Part shown: piece after piece, positions 1-11,688 of the stretch | Layout of the letters: every line of letters begins with the position of its first letter | Numbering within the stretch: the stretch's first letter is position 1 | Assembly: GCA_963721685.1 (NCBI GenBank) | Contig: CAVRJJ010000005.1 | Coordinates: 103,943 to 167,942 of the forward strand | Reading direction: 5' to 3' | Length of the DNA: 64,000 bases | From: an uncultured bacterium | Lineage (GTDB): Bacteria; Patescibacteriota; Saccharimonadia; UBA4664; SCTI01 | Program-made: the position numbers and the translations under genes | The notes under the pieces: model-generated | What the model saw: the letters and a program-made list of their open reading frames with translations, nothing else | Databases searched by the model: none | Told to the model about the DNA's origin: nothing

Positions 1-1402
1 AATACTCAAACTCATCAAGTCGTTGGGCAAATATCGGGTTATTGGTGGGGTTTGCGGACTTGGTGGTGGGTGAGGCGGGGGGCTTTGGCGGCTGGCCCGA
101 ATCATTGATCAAAGGCTCAGGCTCAGCATTAGGGGTTAGCGGATTGACCTGTAACGGTGTTTTCCCGGAACCATCCGAGGAAGTTGAAAGCTCAATATGC
201 TGGGGGGGCAGCAGGTCTTCCATGACCGCCTCGGGCTCCGCCGGCACGTCGGGTTGAGGCGGGACGGCTGGCAGGGGTTCAGCAGCCGGTAATGGCGCTT
301 CAAGCTGAAGCTTAGGCTCGGGGTTCTCAAGAACCGCCGGTTTTGTGGGCGGCGCAAGCTGCTCTGGCACAAGAGCCTCCCGGGTCGGTAACGGCTCGGA
401 ATCGGGCATTGCCGAGGCGGCCGCATCGCGCAGAGCCCGCGGGGTCTCCGCGGCTGGTTGCGGACGGCGTATTGAAAGGACAGCGCCCGGCTCAGGGTTA
501 ATTAAGTGCTGTAGTCGCATGGGCGGCTTTTGGTCGGCTGGGCTTTCAGAGTCGACAGAAGGTATTACCGGAGCCGGTTGATTAGCAGGCGGCTTAGATA
601 TTGGTGAAGGCTGCCCGCCCGAAGACTTCTTTTCTCCCCGGTCGCCTTTTGAAAAGAGATTTTTAACTACTTTTTGCTGGTCGGCCCCGCCGGCAACCAT
701 TTGGGCTGCCACCGTCATGGTTTTTGCGGTGGTATGCACAGCGGTGAAGCGGTCGGTGGAAGCGTAGAGCGCGGTCAGCATAGTAGTGGCAATATCGGCA
801 TCAATAAGTCCAGACTGCAGCGATTCGGCCAGCGCGATTAAAATTTCAGCTAAACTGGCCGCCGACGTTTCCAAAAGGTTGATAGCGCCATACTGCTCGT
901 TAATACGGTGGAAATCAATATTAACCAAGGGGATCTGGCGCATCATCTCAAGGTTTTGAGTATAAAGCTTATCGATCCGACTGAATGATGCCACGCCAAG
1001 GACGATTACCAGGTCAAAATGCAGGTCGCCGTAGCTGTAGCTTACATCACGCTGGCTAAAGCCGCCGGAAAGCGGCGTGACATTTATGTTCAGCTTGCCG
1101 CCCTCAATAACGTATTTCAACTTATCGACTTCGGCGTTGGCAAGGTCAATTTGGACAATAAAGTCGCGCATCGCGCCCAAATCCCGCTCCATCAAGTTGG
1201 TTGGCAAAAAGCGCGATGCGGGCGGAATGTCGTCGCTGATCACCGCGGTAACTTTCTTGCCAAACTTACGCAAGATAGCCGCCAGGGCAATAGTAGAGGC
1301 TACCTGGTCAATATTCGGGTGCTGGCCGGTAATTAACAGGATAGTTTCCGCTTGGCGGATGGCTTCGGAAGTTTGTTGTTTGGGAGTTAATTCTTTATCC
1401 AT
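1..1402 (-). CDS. DHH-family phosphoesterase-like protein with Pro/Glu-rich C-terminal region (partial, runs off window)
   Basis: Manual translation from ATG at 1402: MDKELTPKQQTSEAIRQAETILLITGQHPNIDQVASTIALAAILRKFGKKV; later INIDFHRINEQYG and SGLIDADIATTMLTALYASTDRF, a degenerate NrnA/DHH layout. Not in the ORF track because it has no stop in the window. Confidence 0.7.
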   Translation of the reverse strand, partial: MDKELTPKQQTSEAIRQAETILLITGQHPNIDQVASTIALAAILRKFGKKVTAVISDDIPPASRFLPTNLMERDLGAMRDFIVQIDLANAEVDKLKYVIEGGKLNINVTPLSGGFSQRDVSYSYGDLHFDLVIVLGVASFSRIDKLYTQNLEMMRQIPLVNIDFHRINEQYGAINLLETSAASLAEILIALAESLQSGLIDADIATTMLTALYASTDRFTAVHTTAKTMTVAAQMVAGGADQQKVVKNLFSKGDRGEKKSSGGQPSPISKPPANQPAPVIPSVDSESPADQKPPMRLQHLINPEPGAVLSIRRPQPAAETPRALRDAAASAMPDSEPLPTREALVPEQLAPPTKPAVLENPEPKLQLEAPLPAAEPLPAVPPQPDVPAEPEAVMEDLLPPQHIELSTSSDGSGKTPLQVNPLTPNAEPEPLINDSGQPPKPPASPTTKSANPTNNPIFAQRLDEFEY

Positions 1403-1620
1403 AATACGCTCACAGATTTTTACTATTGTATCAAAAAAACGCCTATCTGTCAATAGCTGTTGTGCTTTGCTTACCGGGTAGTAACTTTTCGGGCATAGGA
1501 TTGCTTAGCTAGCGCTAGCTGATATATGCCTCGAAAAGCTCTACCACGGCGCGCCAACCAGCAAATACACCGCATAATACCTTTACAGCACTCGCTTTTT
1601 CCGCTATAGTCTCATCTGTT

Positions 1621-2019
1621 ATGCCAATTATCAAATCTGCAATTAAACGGGTCAAGCAATCGGCTAAGCGCCGCAGCCACAACCTGCAAGTTAAACGAGC
1701 AATCCACCAGGATGTGCGCGCCTTTACTGATGCGTTAGCGACTGGGGATGCCAAATCCACAGCCGAAACCTTAACCGCGGCTATCTCTGAAATTGACCGA
1801 GCCGTTAAAAAAGGTACCCTCCACCGTAACACCGCTGCCCGCCGTAAATCCCGTCTTCAAAAGCAGGCTAATACTATTGGCGCCAAGCCGGCTGCTAAAG
1901 CTAAGGCTCCGGTTAAGTCAGCCAAAAAGCCAACTAAGGCCAAGGCCGCTCCCAAAGCCGAGGCTAAAGCTCCTGCCAAAAAGCCAACTGCAAAAGCTAA
2001 GCCTAAAAAAGGTGCCTAA
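1621..2019 (+). CDS. rpsT: 30S ribosomal protein S20 with Lys/Ala/Pro-rich tail
   Basis: MPIIKSAIKRVKQSAKRRSHN...IDRAVKKGTLHRNTAARRKSRL is the S20 signature. Confidence 0.96.
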   Translation: MPIIKSAIKRVKQSAKRRSHNLQVKRAIHQDVRAFTDALATGDAKSTAETLTAAISEIDRAVKKGTLHRNTAARRKSRLQKQANTIGAKPAAKAKAPVKSAKKPTKAKAAPKAEAKAPAKKPTAKAKPKKGA

Positions 2020-2215
2020 GCGCGCCGAAGACGCCCAAAGTAAACTTTTAGATAGCTGTGAGCAGCTCGTGGCACATGTGAAGTTACTACGCGATTACGC
2101 TACTACGCCCGATAATATTTGGCTGGCTCGGGGCGAACTCAATAAAATTAATGAAATGAGTGCTGAAGTTGACGCGCTGCTAACCGAGATAAAGGATAGC
2201 GGCGAGAATTCTTAG
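2012..2215 (+). CDS. small hypothetical protein (67 aa, helical)
   Basis: GTG at 2012 overlaps the rpsT end and the ORF fills the gap to holA. Confidence 0.5.
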   Translation: MPKRAEDAQSKLLDSCEQLVAHVKLLRDYATTPDNIWLARGELNKINEMSAEVDALLTEIKDSGENS

Positions 2216-3147
2216 GCTTTAACCCGTCCCGCAACTTTATAAATCAACTGCTCAACCAAGACTTCCGCAACCCCAGCTCCGGATTTAATTTGATAATCGG
2301 TATCAACCGCCTCTAAAAAAGCTTCCTTCAAAGCTTCTTCGGTGAATAAATGCCGTTTGGCCAGCATTTTGCCAGACACATAAGGCGACATACCGGCGGC
2401 CTTTGCCAGCTGGGACGAGGACATTGATCCGGCCGTCTTGGCTATTAAGAGATTACGCAGCTGCCAAATAACCATACTCAACATATAAACTTCATGCTGG
2501 CCATCTTGCCGCAGCTTATGGTAGCCTTGGAGCGCTTCGCTAATTTTGCCGGCAGTCATGGCTTCAACCAAGTTAAAAATGGTTTCAACATTTCCCTCTT
2601 CCACCTGCTCGTTCACCGTTTCAAAAGTAATAAGCGAACGGTACGCGACTAGCTTGGCGATCTCGTTGCTCAGCCGCCATTGGTCATCGCCAGCCAGCTC
2701 CAACAACCGAGCCAGTGCGGACCGTTCAATTTCCGCCCCCGCTTCCCGCGCCTGCCGGGTTACCCAGCCCTGGAGTTTGGCTGGCGCCAGCATTTCAAAC
2801 TTTACCGCCTTACCTTTGCTGCTCATAGTTTTAAAATAAGTTGTCCGCTGGTCCACCTGGGGATCGTAAAACACCGCGATGGTGGTTTTGGGAATATTCT
2901 CCAGATAGTCGCCGATTTTTGGGGCAACCGCCTTATTTGCACCAAGATCCTCTATAATTACCAAGCGGCTGTTTGCCAGAAATGGGGCTGCCTGCAACGC
3001 GTTTTGAAACTCATCGGCTTTAACCTTAGCACCATCAATCCGCTCCAGTCCAAAATTGCTCCCAGACTTTTGTTCATAGTCTGCCATGAGCTTGCTAATT
3101 TGCTGCCGGGCTTCATAGGTGTTAGGCCCATAAAAGAAAAAGATCAT
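2212..3147 (-). CDS. holA: DNA polymerase III delta subunit
   Basis: MIFFFYGPNTY...APFLANSRLVII...DQWRLSNEIAKL...IFNLVEA...DYQIKSG; start set to the ATG overlapping the mutM stop. Confidence 0.9.
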   Translation of the reverse strand: MIFFFYGPNTYEARQQISKLMADYEQKSGSNFGLERIDGAKVKADEFQNALQAAPFLANSRLVIIEDLGANKAVAPKIGDYLENIPKTTIAVFYDPQVDQRTTYFKTMSSKGKAVKFEMLAPAKLQGWVTRQAREAGAEIERSALARLLELAGDDQWRLSNEIAKLVAYRSLITFETVNEQVEEGNVETIFNLVEAMTAGKISEALQGYHKLRQDGQHEVYMLSMVIWQLRNLLIAKTAGSMSSSQLAKAAGMSPYVSGKMLAKRHLFTEEALKEAFLEAVDTDYQIKSGAGVAEVLVEQLIYKVAGRVKA

Positions 3148-4047
3148 CCTGTAAGTGTACCACTCCGAGAAAGCTTCAGCTTTTGACATTGGGGGCACAA
3201 ATGCGTGCCCCGGCCCGCCACCCGGGTTTTGATAATCACGCTTTGGCACACCGGGCAGGTTAGCCCCTGGCGGCGGAACACCCGGGCATTTTGGAGGTAG
3301 TCTCCTTTGCCGCCTAGCGCGTTCACATAAGAGGTAAAGCTGGTACCACCGTGCTCTACACCAAGAGCAATAATGGCTTTTATGGCTTCATAGAGGCGCT
3401 GAACTTCAACTTTAGACAAGCTTCCAGCCAGCCGGGCGGGATGGATTTTAGCCAAATGCAGAGACTCGTCGGCGTAGATATTGCCCACCCCTGCAACGGT
3501 TGACTGATCCAAGATCACACCCTTAACCGGTGAACCGCTACGGCGTTTTAAGATAACTGAAAACGGAACTAGCTCGAAGGCTTCGGTCAGCGGTTCGGGT
3601 CCCAACCGGGCAATTAGGCTATCGCGCAATACATCAGGGTTGGACACTAATTTTACCCAGCCAAAGACTCGTTGGTCGTTGAAGTACAATATTGAACCGT
3701 CACTGAACCTAAAAATAACTTTGGTACTTTTATCCGGTAGCTGATCGGCCATGCTTTTAGTAGGATGGCCGGCGGCGTAACGCTCTCCTCCCGACTTAAC
3801 CAACACCATTTGGCCAGTCATTTTCAGATGGAACAGTAAGCTATAGCCGGTATCAAGTTCAATAATTAAGACTTTACCCTTGCGGCCGATCTTGGTGATA
3901 TGTGGCGCCAATCGCCTGAGCATCGGCTAATTCAGCCGACGACTGGAACGACTTCGGGTGCAGCACTTCAATATCGGTAAACTTCAGCCCAACAATGTTC
4001 TGCTGTAATCCAAGACGGATGGTTTCAACTTCTGGTAACTCCGGCAT
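3144..4047 (-). CDS. mutM: formamidopyrimidine-DNA glycosylase (one frameshift near 3900)
   Basis: N-terminus MPELPEVETIRLGL in one frame; HLKMTG, GVGNIYADESL and the CPVC..CPQCQ zinc finger in another. Confidence 0.92.
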
Positions 4048-4155
4048 AGGAGTATTGTAACCTGGTACGAATGTTACTTAAATAAGTGCGCCTTCCGGCA
4101 CGGACACCGAGAGGGCGTCCGTGCCGTGATGACGACGACCGGATCGGAAGATCCA

Positions 4156-4593
4156 TCAGGCAGCCGCGGCAACAGCGGTGGGGACAGCGCTGTTGACCGT
4201 CGCGCTCCACTTGGAGTCGTTGCTGGAGATCCGGCGCCTGATGTTCGGCTTCCTCTGGAGGAGGCGCTTACGCAGCGCAACCGTAAGGCAGACGACCACA
4301 CCGTCGTTAACTGCCTTGGGCAGCGCCTTCTCCTTGTCGGCGCCGATGCGGCTGATGTTGAACTGCTCGATGATCGCGAGAACCTCCTCCACCTGGAGGT
4401 CGTTGAGGATGCCCTCGATCACGTCGTCAAGCGTGTCGGTGGTCGCGAGGCGATGCAGCCAGTCCTCAGGCAGATCCCTTGCTCGGTCGAGTTCGACCAA
4501 GATCTGGCTGGCGGCGGCCTGCAGCACCTTGCTGAGCTCCGGCGTCTCGATGTACGTGCTCTCCGCGGTTGCGGGGAGTGCTGTAGCTGTCAT
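4156..4593 (-). CDS. GC-rich orphan protein (145 aa)
   Basis: AGGAGG SD 7 nt before ATG; GC3-rich codons; GC hairpin 4096-4126 downstream. Confidence 0.7.
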   Translation of the reverse strand: MTATALPATAESTYIETPELSKVLQAAASQILVELDRARDLPEDWLHRLATTDTLDDVIEGILNDLQVEEVLAIIEQFNISRIGADKEKALPKAVNDGVVVCLTVALRKRLLQRKPNIRRRISSNDSKWSATVNSAVPTAVAAAA

Positions 4594-4742
4594 GGTGATC
4601 CCTCCTAGGAATCGTCGTCGAGGTAAAAGCATTGTGCTCCACCCATACTTTATTTATAGTCCTCTCTCCAGCTATGCGCAATGCTTACGCTGGTGATAGT
4701 CACAGAACGAATTGCTTTAAAGATGCTTTTTATTAGAGCTAC

Positions 4743-7475
4743 CTACAAGTCGCCCCAGCTTTTGCCCACTTTGGTATCTACCGCGATTGGCACGCCAAGA
4801 TCATAGACGTTTTCCATGGTGTCGCGCATGAGGTATGATACTTCTTCGGCCTGGCTTTCCTCAGCCTCAACGATCAGTTCGTCATGGATTTGCAGGAGTA
4901 GCATAGCGCCTTCGGGCAGTTTGGGTACCAGGGCAATCATCGCCAGCTTGATGATATCGGCGGCGGTGCCTTGAAGAGGCACATTCACCGCTACCCGTTC
5001 CGCGGCGTTGCGGATTAAAAAGTTATTTGAGTTAATTTCCGGTGAAGGTCGCCTGCGCCCCAGTAAGGTTTCGGTGTACTCATTCTTATGGGCGAACTCT
5101 TTTAATCCTTCAATATATTCTTTTAGGGTTTTGCGGATTTCAAAGTAGCGCTCAATGAACTGCACCGCCTCTTCACGGCTGATACCGGTGGCTACACTTA
5201 ACCCATGCGGACTCATGCCGTACAAGACGCCAAAGTTAATGGTTTTAGCGCTGTAGCGCTGCTCCGGCGTAACCTTATCCAGCGGCACCCCAAACATCTC
5301 GGCGGCGGTTTGCTGATGCAGGTCGATCCCCTTCTTGAAGGTTTCAATCATGCCTTTATCTTTACTGAGGGCGGCGGCAATGCGCAATTCAATTTGCGAA
5401 TAGTCGGCGCTAATGAATACGCGGCCCTTTTGGCGCTACAAAAGCTTTACGGATCTCGCGGCCAATTTCGGTGCGGACCGGAATGTTCTGCAAGTTGGGG
5501 TCGGTAGAATTAAGCCGTCCGGTTTGGGCAATGGTTTGGTTAAAGCGGGTATGGATGCGATTGTTTTTATCAACCAGCTTGGGCAGTGTTTCAACATAGG
5601 TTGATTGCAACTTGGCAAACTCCCGATAGCTGGAAATCATTGGTATGATCGGATGCGCGTCTTGTAGCTTTTCTAGCTCGTGAGCAGCCGTAGAAAGGCC
5701 GCCGGTTTTGCCTTTTTTCACCCCATGCGAAGGAAGCTTCAACTGGTTGAAAAGAATGTCGGACAGTTGGGCCGGAGAAGCGATATTAAACTTCTGTCCG
5801 GCGGCTTCCCAGATTTGCTCTTCCAGCTTTGCCAAATCCTTGGTTAACTTTTCATTAAACTTATTAAGGAAAGCGCTATCAAGTTCAATGCCCGCTATTT
5901 CCATCTGACCCAAGTATTTCAATTAACGGCCACTCGGTGGCTTTGCCGATCCGGTCAAAGCCCTGCTCCTTCAGCTCCGGTTCCATTTTTTGAAACAGCC
6001 GCCAGGTTATATCGGCGTCTTCGGCGGCGTAGGTAGTAGCCTCATCAATGGCGACATCATCAAAGGTAATTTGAGTCCGGCCGCTGCCAATTACCTCAGA
6101 AATCGGGATCATTTCAATGCCAAACTCTTTATACGCCAGGTCGTCCAATGACTGGGAACGGCCCAGCGGATTCAGCAAAAAAGCCGCGATCATGGTGTCA
6201 AACGAAATGGGGCTCGGCGTGATCCCGTGGCGAACAAGAATTTTGTAGTCGTATTTGGCATTGTGCGCGATCTTGCCAATGTCGGGGTCTTCAAAGGCCG
6301 GGCGCAGACGCATCCAGAATTACTTTTTTATTCAACTGTGAACCCTTTTTGTGCGCAACCGGAATGTAGTAGGCTTCAGCCTCTTTTAAGCTGACTGAAA
6401 TGCCAACCAGCTCGGCCTCCATTTCATTCACGCTCGTGGTTTCAGTGTCGAACGCGAACTCCTTGCTAGCTTGAAGGCGTTCAGCGAGTCTTGTTAATGC
6501 CGCTTCGGTCGTAATAGCCGTATAAGATGCGTTTTCCAAGTGCACACGCTGCTTTGCCGGCACCTCTACCCCGGGACCATCAAAGAGGTTGGGAGCTGAT
6601 ACCGTCATCTCTGGAGGCAGCTTGGTGAGCAAGGCCTTAAACTCCATCCGCCGAAACAGTTCCTGAATTTGTTGCTTGTTATACTGGCCAACCTCGGCCG
6701 GCTGTAAGTCCAGGTTGATAGGCGCGTCGCAGACAATGGTGGAAAGCTTTTGGCTTAAATAGGCCATATCTTTGTTCACTTCCAAGCGCTCTTTGAGCTT
6801 GCCTTTCAGCTGATCCAAATTGTTATACACGCCATCCAAACTACCGTAGGTTACGATGAGGTCTTTGGCGGTTTTCTCCCCTACTCCCGCGACGCCGGGA
6901 ATATTGTCGCTGGCATCACCCTTTAAGGCTTTAAGGTCAATGAACTGCTTGGGATCAACCCCGTAGCGTTCTTTGAGTTCAGGTAATCCATAAATAACGG
7001 TATCGGTAAAACCGCGCTTCATAGTGTAGATCTTGGTGTTTTCATCGATCAGCTGCAGTTCATCAAGATCGCCGGTTACAATAATGGTTTCCAAGCCTTG
7101 CTGTTCGGCCTGACGGCCAAGCGTACCAATAATGTCGTCGGCTTCGTAGTTGTCCAGCTCGATCCACGGCAAGCCCAATGCCTCGGTGACCTGGCGGGTG
7201 TAAGGTATTTGGGCATACAGGTCGTCGGGCTGCTTTTTGCGGGTAGCCTTGTATTCCGGGTACATTTCTTTGCGGAACGTATCACTCGATTTGTCCCAGG
7301 TGACAATCGCGTATTTTGGTTTTAGGTCGGATAACACCTTAAGCAGGATCATGGTGAAGCCATAGGTAGCGTTGGTAGGTATGCCCTCCGCGTTGGAAAG
7401 GTGCGGAATGGCGTGGTAGCCGCGATGAAACACAGCACTCCCATCAACCAGGACTAAGCGGTCTTTTTTACTCAT
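4743..7475 (-). CDS. polA: DNA polymerase I (split by three frameshifts, ~6300, ~5900, ~5420)
   Basis: 5'-3' exonuclease (LVDGS, YEADD, GDASDNIPGV), 3'-5' exonuclease (FDTET, HNAKYD, YAAEDA) and polymerase motifs (TGRLNSTDPNLQNIP, ADYSQIELR, AKTINFG, QIHDEL) across four consecutive ORFs. Confidence 0.95.
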
Positions 7476-7502
7476 AGGGATAGTATAGCGTAGGTAAGAT
7501 TA

Positions 7503-8135
7503 TCAAAGCTGGCTGGCGGCGTAGTGGGGGTGCGGCTTTTGGGGGTAAGCGTCCGCGATTTTCACGGCTACCGCCTCAAGCTGCTCCAGCGTGCCATCGT
7601 TGCTAATGGTGGTATCAGCCGCTTGGATAACCGCCTCAATCTGCTGCGCACTACCAGCCCGCTCGGCTTCTTCGGTGGCTTTAAAGGTTTCAAAGCTGAC
7701 GTCATCCCCTGCCCGACCCCGGGCTTGCGCCCGCTGATAGCGGATTTCAACCGGTGCATCAATTGCAATGATCGTGTCACCCCGCTCATGGATGTAGTCG
7801 GCCTCGACTTTCTGGCGCAATCCCGGATACAGCAGGATGTCGGTTCCTGCTTCAGCTGCCTGATGAATTGATTGCTCAAGCCAGTAGGTATAACCGTGCT
7901 CGGCACCCACTTCGTCAACGGTCTTGCGCAGCACATTCCGGTCGGACGGGTCACCAAGATCGTGGTCGCGCACGTACTGGCGGATCAGGTCACCCGAAGA
8001 CACCATACCAACCTTGTGTCCGCGGCTTTCCAGCTGCTCTTTCAGCATTTCAGCAAAGCGGTCCTTGCCGGCACCAAAGTAGCCGGCAATGCCAATAATG
8101 TGTGGATTTTGGTCAGGTGTTTCTGGTTGATTCAT
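7503..8135 (-). CDS. P-loop nucleotide kinase (dephospho-CoA/NMP kinase-like)
   Basis: IIGIAGYFGAGKD Walker A; IDAPVEIRYQR; ADTTISNDGTLEQL. Confidence 0.75.
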   Translation of the reverse strand: MNQPETPDQNPHIIGIAGYFGAGKDRFAEMLKEQLESRGHKVGMVSSGDLIRQYVRDHDLGDPSDRNVLRKTVDEVGAEHGYTYWLEQSIHQAAEAGTDILLYPGLRQKVEADYIHERGDTIIAIDAPVEIRYQRAQARGRAGDDVSFETFKATEEAERAGSAQQIEAVIQAADTTISNDGTLEQLEAVAVKIADAYPQKPHPHYAASQL

Positions 8136-8317
8136 TTACCCATTTTATCAGATAAGATTAGATTGAGTGAAAGAAGCGGCAGATGTGCATCAAATTTGCC
8201 ACTAAAGTGATGCAAATTTGATGCTATATTGATGCCAACTTTGGCCAACCTATATTACGTGTTGCAAAAGCCGTTGCTTCATTTTCATCTTCATCACGAC
8301 TCAGTCGGCCGAAAACC

Positions 8318-9427
8318 TTAAGCCAGGTAGTCTTTCAGCTTCTTGCTCTCACGGTGGCGGCGCAGCTTCATCAAAGCTTTAGCTTCAATTTGGCGGATGC
8401 GCTCACGGGTAACCCCAAACTCCAAGCCAACTTCTTCAAGGGTATGACTTTTGCCATCCTCGAGACCAAAACGCATACGTAAAATTTTCTGTTCACGTGG
8501 TGTTAGTAGGCTCAGAACACTAGCCACCTGTTCTTTAAGCAGTTGATTGGCAGCCACTTCCGGTGGTGTCGGCCGGTCTTCATCTTCAATAAATTCACTT
8601 AAGGTTGAATCTTTATCATCACCAACGGTGGAATCAAGCGATACAATATCCTGCTTGATCTTTAAGATATGGTTGACCTTTTCAACCTCAATCTCCATCT
8701 CCACGGCAATCTCTTCCGGTAAGGGTTCGCGGCCCAGCTCCTGGACTAAGCGGCGTTGGGTGCGGATCAACTTATTTATGGTCTCAACCATATGCACCGG
8801 GATACGAATGGTTCGGGCCTGGTCGGCAATGGCGCGGGTAATAGCCTGGCGAATCCACCACGTGGCGTAGGTTGAAAATTTAAATCCTTTAGTATAATCG
8901 AACTTCTCAACAGCCCGTAGCAAACCGCTGGAACCTTCTTGAATTAGGTCAAGCAGGTCAAGGCCGCGGCCAATGTATTTCTTGGCAATTGAAACGACCA
9001 GGCGGAGGTTTGCTTCAACCATCTTGTCTTTGGCAGCCTTATCGCCCTTGGCAATGCGTTTGGCAAGTTCAACCTCTTCCAGCGCGGTTAGGAGGGGAAC
9101 CCGGCCAATTTCGCGCAGGTACAAGCGCACTGAGTCATCAGCGATATCTTTAACATAATCGTCGCTTTCCTTGGGGGAGGCTTCATCTTCTTCCTCCCCT
9201 TCCCAAATCAAGCGGTCTTTTTGGTCGGTTAATTCTACCCCGGCCTCCATAAGTCCGGCGTACAGTTCATCAAGCTCCTCCAGGTTGTCTTCCGCGTCGG
9301 GAATAACCTGGGAAACCTCTTGCTGGGTAACAAACCCCTGTTCTTTGCCTTTTTGTAATAATCTTTCGACTGCTGGGGAATAATGATGTTCCCGCTCTTC
9401 AGTAATCGGTGCAGCTTTTTTGGCCAA
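8318..9427 (-). CDS. rpoD: primary RNA polymerase sigma factor
   Basis: [63 protein letters not shown]. Confidence 0.97.
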   Translation of the reverse strand: MAKKAAPITEEREHHYSPAVERLLQKGKEQGFVTQQEVSQVIPDAEDNLEELDELYAGLMEAGVELTDQKDRLIWEGEEEDEASPKESDDYVKDIADDSVRLYLREIGRVPLLTALEEVELAKRIAKGDKAAKDKMVEANLRLVVSIAKKYIGRGLDLLDLIQEGSSGLLRAVEKFDYTKGFKFSTYATWWIRQAITRAIADQARTIRIPVHMVETINKLIRTQRRLVQELGREPLPEEIAVEMEIEVEKVNHILKIKQDIVSLDSTVGDDKDSTLSEFIEDEDRPTPPEVAANQLLKEQVASVLSLLTPREQKILRMRFGLEDGKSHTLEEVGLEFGVTRERIRQIEAKALMKLRRHRESKKLKDYLA

Positions 9428-9437
9428 AAAATTCTCC

Positions 9438-11192
9438 TTAATCGTCTTCGGTTATAAGTGTTTGGTACTGGGCCAATAGGCGCTTAGCCAAATCAGCGTC
9501 GCCTTTATCCTCAGCCTCGCGTAACTTGTGGCTGAGCTTGGTCTTCGTATCTTTGTTCGTAACTATTCGCAGACGTCCTGCCAGTTGAAATGCTTCAAAA
9601 CTGCGTTCTGCGGGAGCGAATGAGCTAAATTCTTCCTCGCCCCGTAGTGCAAGTATTTTTACATAATCAGCGGCACTTGGCAAGCCAGCGGCCACGTCGC
9701 TTGCAGGGGCTCGGGCTAGTTGCTGCAGCATGTCTAGGATAGCCTGGTGATCCGGGTCGGCAAAATGGGCTAATGTTAGATCGTCAAGGCTGCTGCGGAC
9801 TTCAGGAAATGCCAAATTGATAGCCAGGACCGATTCCTCGAGCAACCGGCGAGCGGTTTTTGATGCCGGTTTGATGATGGTAACCGCTGGACGCTGGCTG
9901 CTTATAAGATCTGTGGTTCCGGTTTCAGCTTTCTTGATTTTCTCCCGAACTGACTCTTGGCTGATTTCAAGTTTCTGGGTTAGGCGCTCAATATAATGCC
10001 CTTGCTCAACCGGATCCGCAAGCCGCTGCAAGCTTGCAGCTACACGTTCGCCATATTGACGCTTACCCGTGATGGTAGAAAGTTCATATACCTCCTCCGC
10101 TTGAGCGAACAAATAATCGAGCACATATTCGGCATCCCCGATCGCTTTTTGCCACGCCTGAACATCTTTTTGGATCAAGTCATCAGGATCTTTGCCTTGG
10201 GGAAGCCGAACCATTGAAAGGGTTAATCCCAGCTTTTGGCTGAGCTCGATGGCCCGTTCAGTCGCGCGTAATCCAGCGGCGTCGGCATCAAAGCAAATTT
10301 TAATGTTCTTGGTCAGGCGGCCAAGAGCCTTAAGCTGATCAAGCGTAAAGGCGGTGCCGCTGACCGCCACAACTTGCTTCACACCCACTTGGTGGCTAGC
10401 CACGACATCCATGTTGCCCTCCACAATAACCACCTCGTCATGCTCGCGAATGGCTGCCTTTGCTAGATGGAGACCAAAAATAATCCGGCTTTTATCATAA
10501 AGGTCGGTTTGGGGCGTATTAAGATATTTCGGCATTTGGTCGTCATCAAGTACCCGACCGGTAAAGCCCACGGGAGCGCCCGCGGCGTCGCAAATGGTGA
10601 ACATCAGGCGTCCACGGTAAAGGTCATAAATAGTGGAGCTACCGCTTTTTTGCCCAACTAAGCCGGCTTTAATAAGCTCGAGCGGACTAAAACCTTTTTT
10701 TAGCAGGAACTGGCCCAGTGCATTCCAGTCGTCCGGCGCGTAGCCAATTTGAAAATCAATAACCGTCTGCTTTTTAAGGTGGCGTTGCTTAGTGGCGTAT
10801 TCTAGTGCCGAGCGATTTTTGACTAGTGATGCCTGAAAATATCTAACAGCCCATTCCAGGGCTTCACGCGAGCGCTTCTGTACCTGTTTCGCTTCAGCAC
10901 TGGCTGGAGTGCGTTCTTTCAGCTCAATCCCGGCTTTGCGGGCCAGCAATCCCAACGCGTCACGAAACTCCAGGCCTTCGTACTGCATAACAAAAGTAAT
11001 TATGTCGCCGCCGGCGTTACAGCCGAAACAATGCCAAATCCCCTTTTCCGGGCTAACCATAAAGCTTGCCGATTTTTCCTGGTGGAAGGGACAGGGCGCT
11101 TTAAGGTTGCGCCCCGCTTGTTTTAACGGAATATAGCCGCCAATAACTTCCGCCACATCTAAGCGTTCTTTGACCTGCTCCACGTCGTTCAT
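9438..11192 (-). CDS. dnaG: DNA primase
   Basis: [15 protein letters not shown] zinc finger, PKYLNTP, VEGNMDV, FDADAAG, GKDPDD. Confidence 0.97.
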   Translation of the reverse strand: MNDVEQVKERLDVAEVIGGYIPLKQAGRNLKAPCPFHQEKSASFMVSPEKGIWHCFGCNAGGDIITFVMQYEGLEFRDALGLLARKAGIELKERTPASAEAKQVQKRSREALEWAVRYFQASLVKNRSALEYATKQRHLKKQTVIDFQIGYAPDDWNALGQFLLKKGFSPLELIKAGLVGQKSGSSTIYDLYRGRLMFTICDAAGAPVGFTGRVLDDDQMPKYLNTPQTDLYDKSRIIFGLHLAKAAIREHDEVVIVEGNMDVVASHQVGVKQVVAVSGTAFTLDQLKALGRLTKNIKICFDADAAGLRATERAIELSQKLGLTLSMVRLPQGKDPDDLIQKDVQAWQKAIGDAEYVLDYLFAQAEEVYELSTITGKRQYGERVAASLQRLADPVEQGHYIERLTQKLEISQESVREKIKKAETGTTDLISSQRPAVTIIKPASKTARRLLEESVLAINLAFPEVRSSLDDLTLAHFADPDHQAILDMLQQLARAPASDVAAGLPSAADYVKILALRGEEEFSSFAPAERSFEAFQLAGRLRIVTNKDTKTKLSHKLREAEDKGDADLAKRLLAQYQTLITEDD

Positions 11193-11333
11193 AGGAGTAT
11201 TATACCAGTAAACGAACAAAATACGAACACGGAATGTGAAAATAAGTGCGTGCTACGACCACCTGCCCCGCGAGGGAGGCAGATGGTCGTGGGCGCGAGT
11301 TGAAGCTGCGGAAGCTTCAGCAGATTGATGTGT

Positions 11334-11525
11334 TCATGGCCCCGCAGAGGGTCCTGCAGGCATCCGACTGCCCCTCGAGGTGGAAGGGCGTGAACGAAGT
11401 TCTCTCACGACTGCCGCGAGGCGGCCCTGATCGAACCTTCTGGCTGTTGCCGGACTCCTCTTGGAAGGTGCGGAGGAAGAGCCGGTACCTCCCGGTGAAA
11501 CGGAAGGTGGTGCCGGTGGAGACAT
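11334..11525 (-). CDS. GC-rich orphan small ORF (reading frame uncertain)
   Basis: GAGGA SD before ATG 11525 gives a 63-aa Ser/Pro-rich peptide. An alternative GC3-richer frame (11317-11556) has an internal TGA. GC hairpin 11248-11297 downstream. Confidence 0.35.
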   Translation of the reverse strand: MSPPAPPSVSPGGTGSSSAPSKRSPATARRFDQGRLAAVVRELRSRPSTSRGSRMPAGPSAGP

Positions 11526-11688
11526 CAAATGTTCCTCACTCGCGTTTGACATTCATAGCCGTTATGTCGCGATGACAACCGGTCAGAGGAATGTGTTTGG
11601 ATGGGATCCTGCGCAAAAGGAAGCCCTAAGCGCAAGGCTTTCATTTATACCTTTTACCCTTACTTTAAGAAAGCTTTTTATCGGAAAA

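Noticed and set aside
4743-7475. Programmed frameshifting or a naturally split polA
   Set aside because: Breaks fall within domains with no consistent slippery motif, and similar indels hit unrelated genes.
11317-11556. TGA recoding (genetic code 25)
   Set aside because: Conserved genes translate fully in code 11 and several (e.g. murE) end in TGA; one in-frame TGA in an orphan is insufficient.
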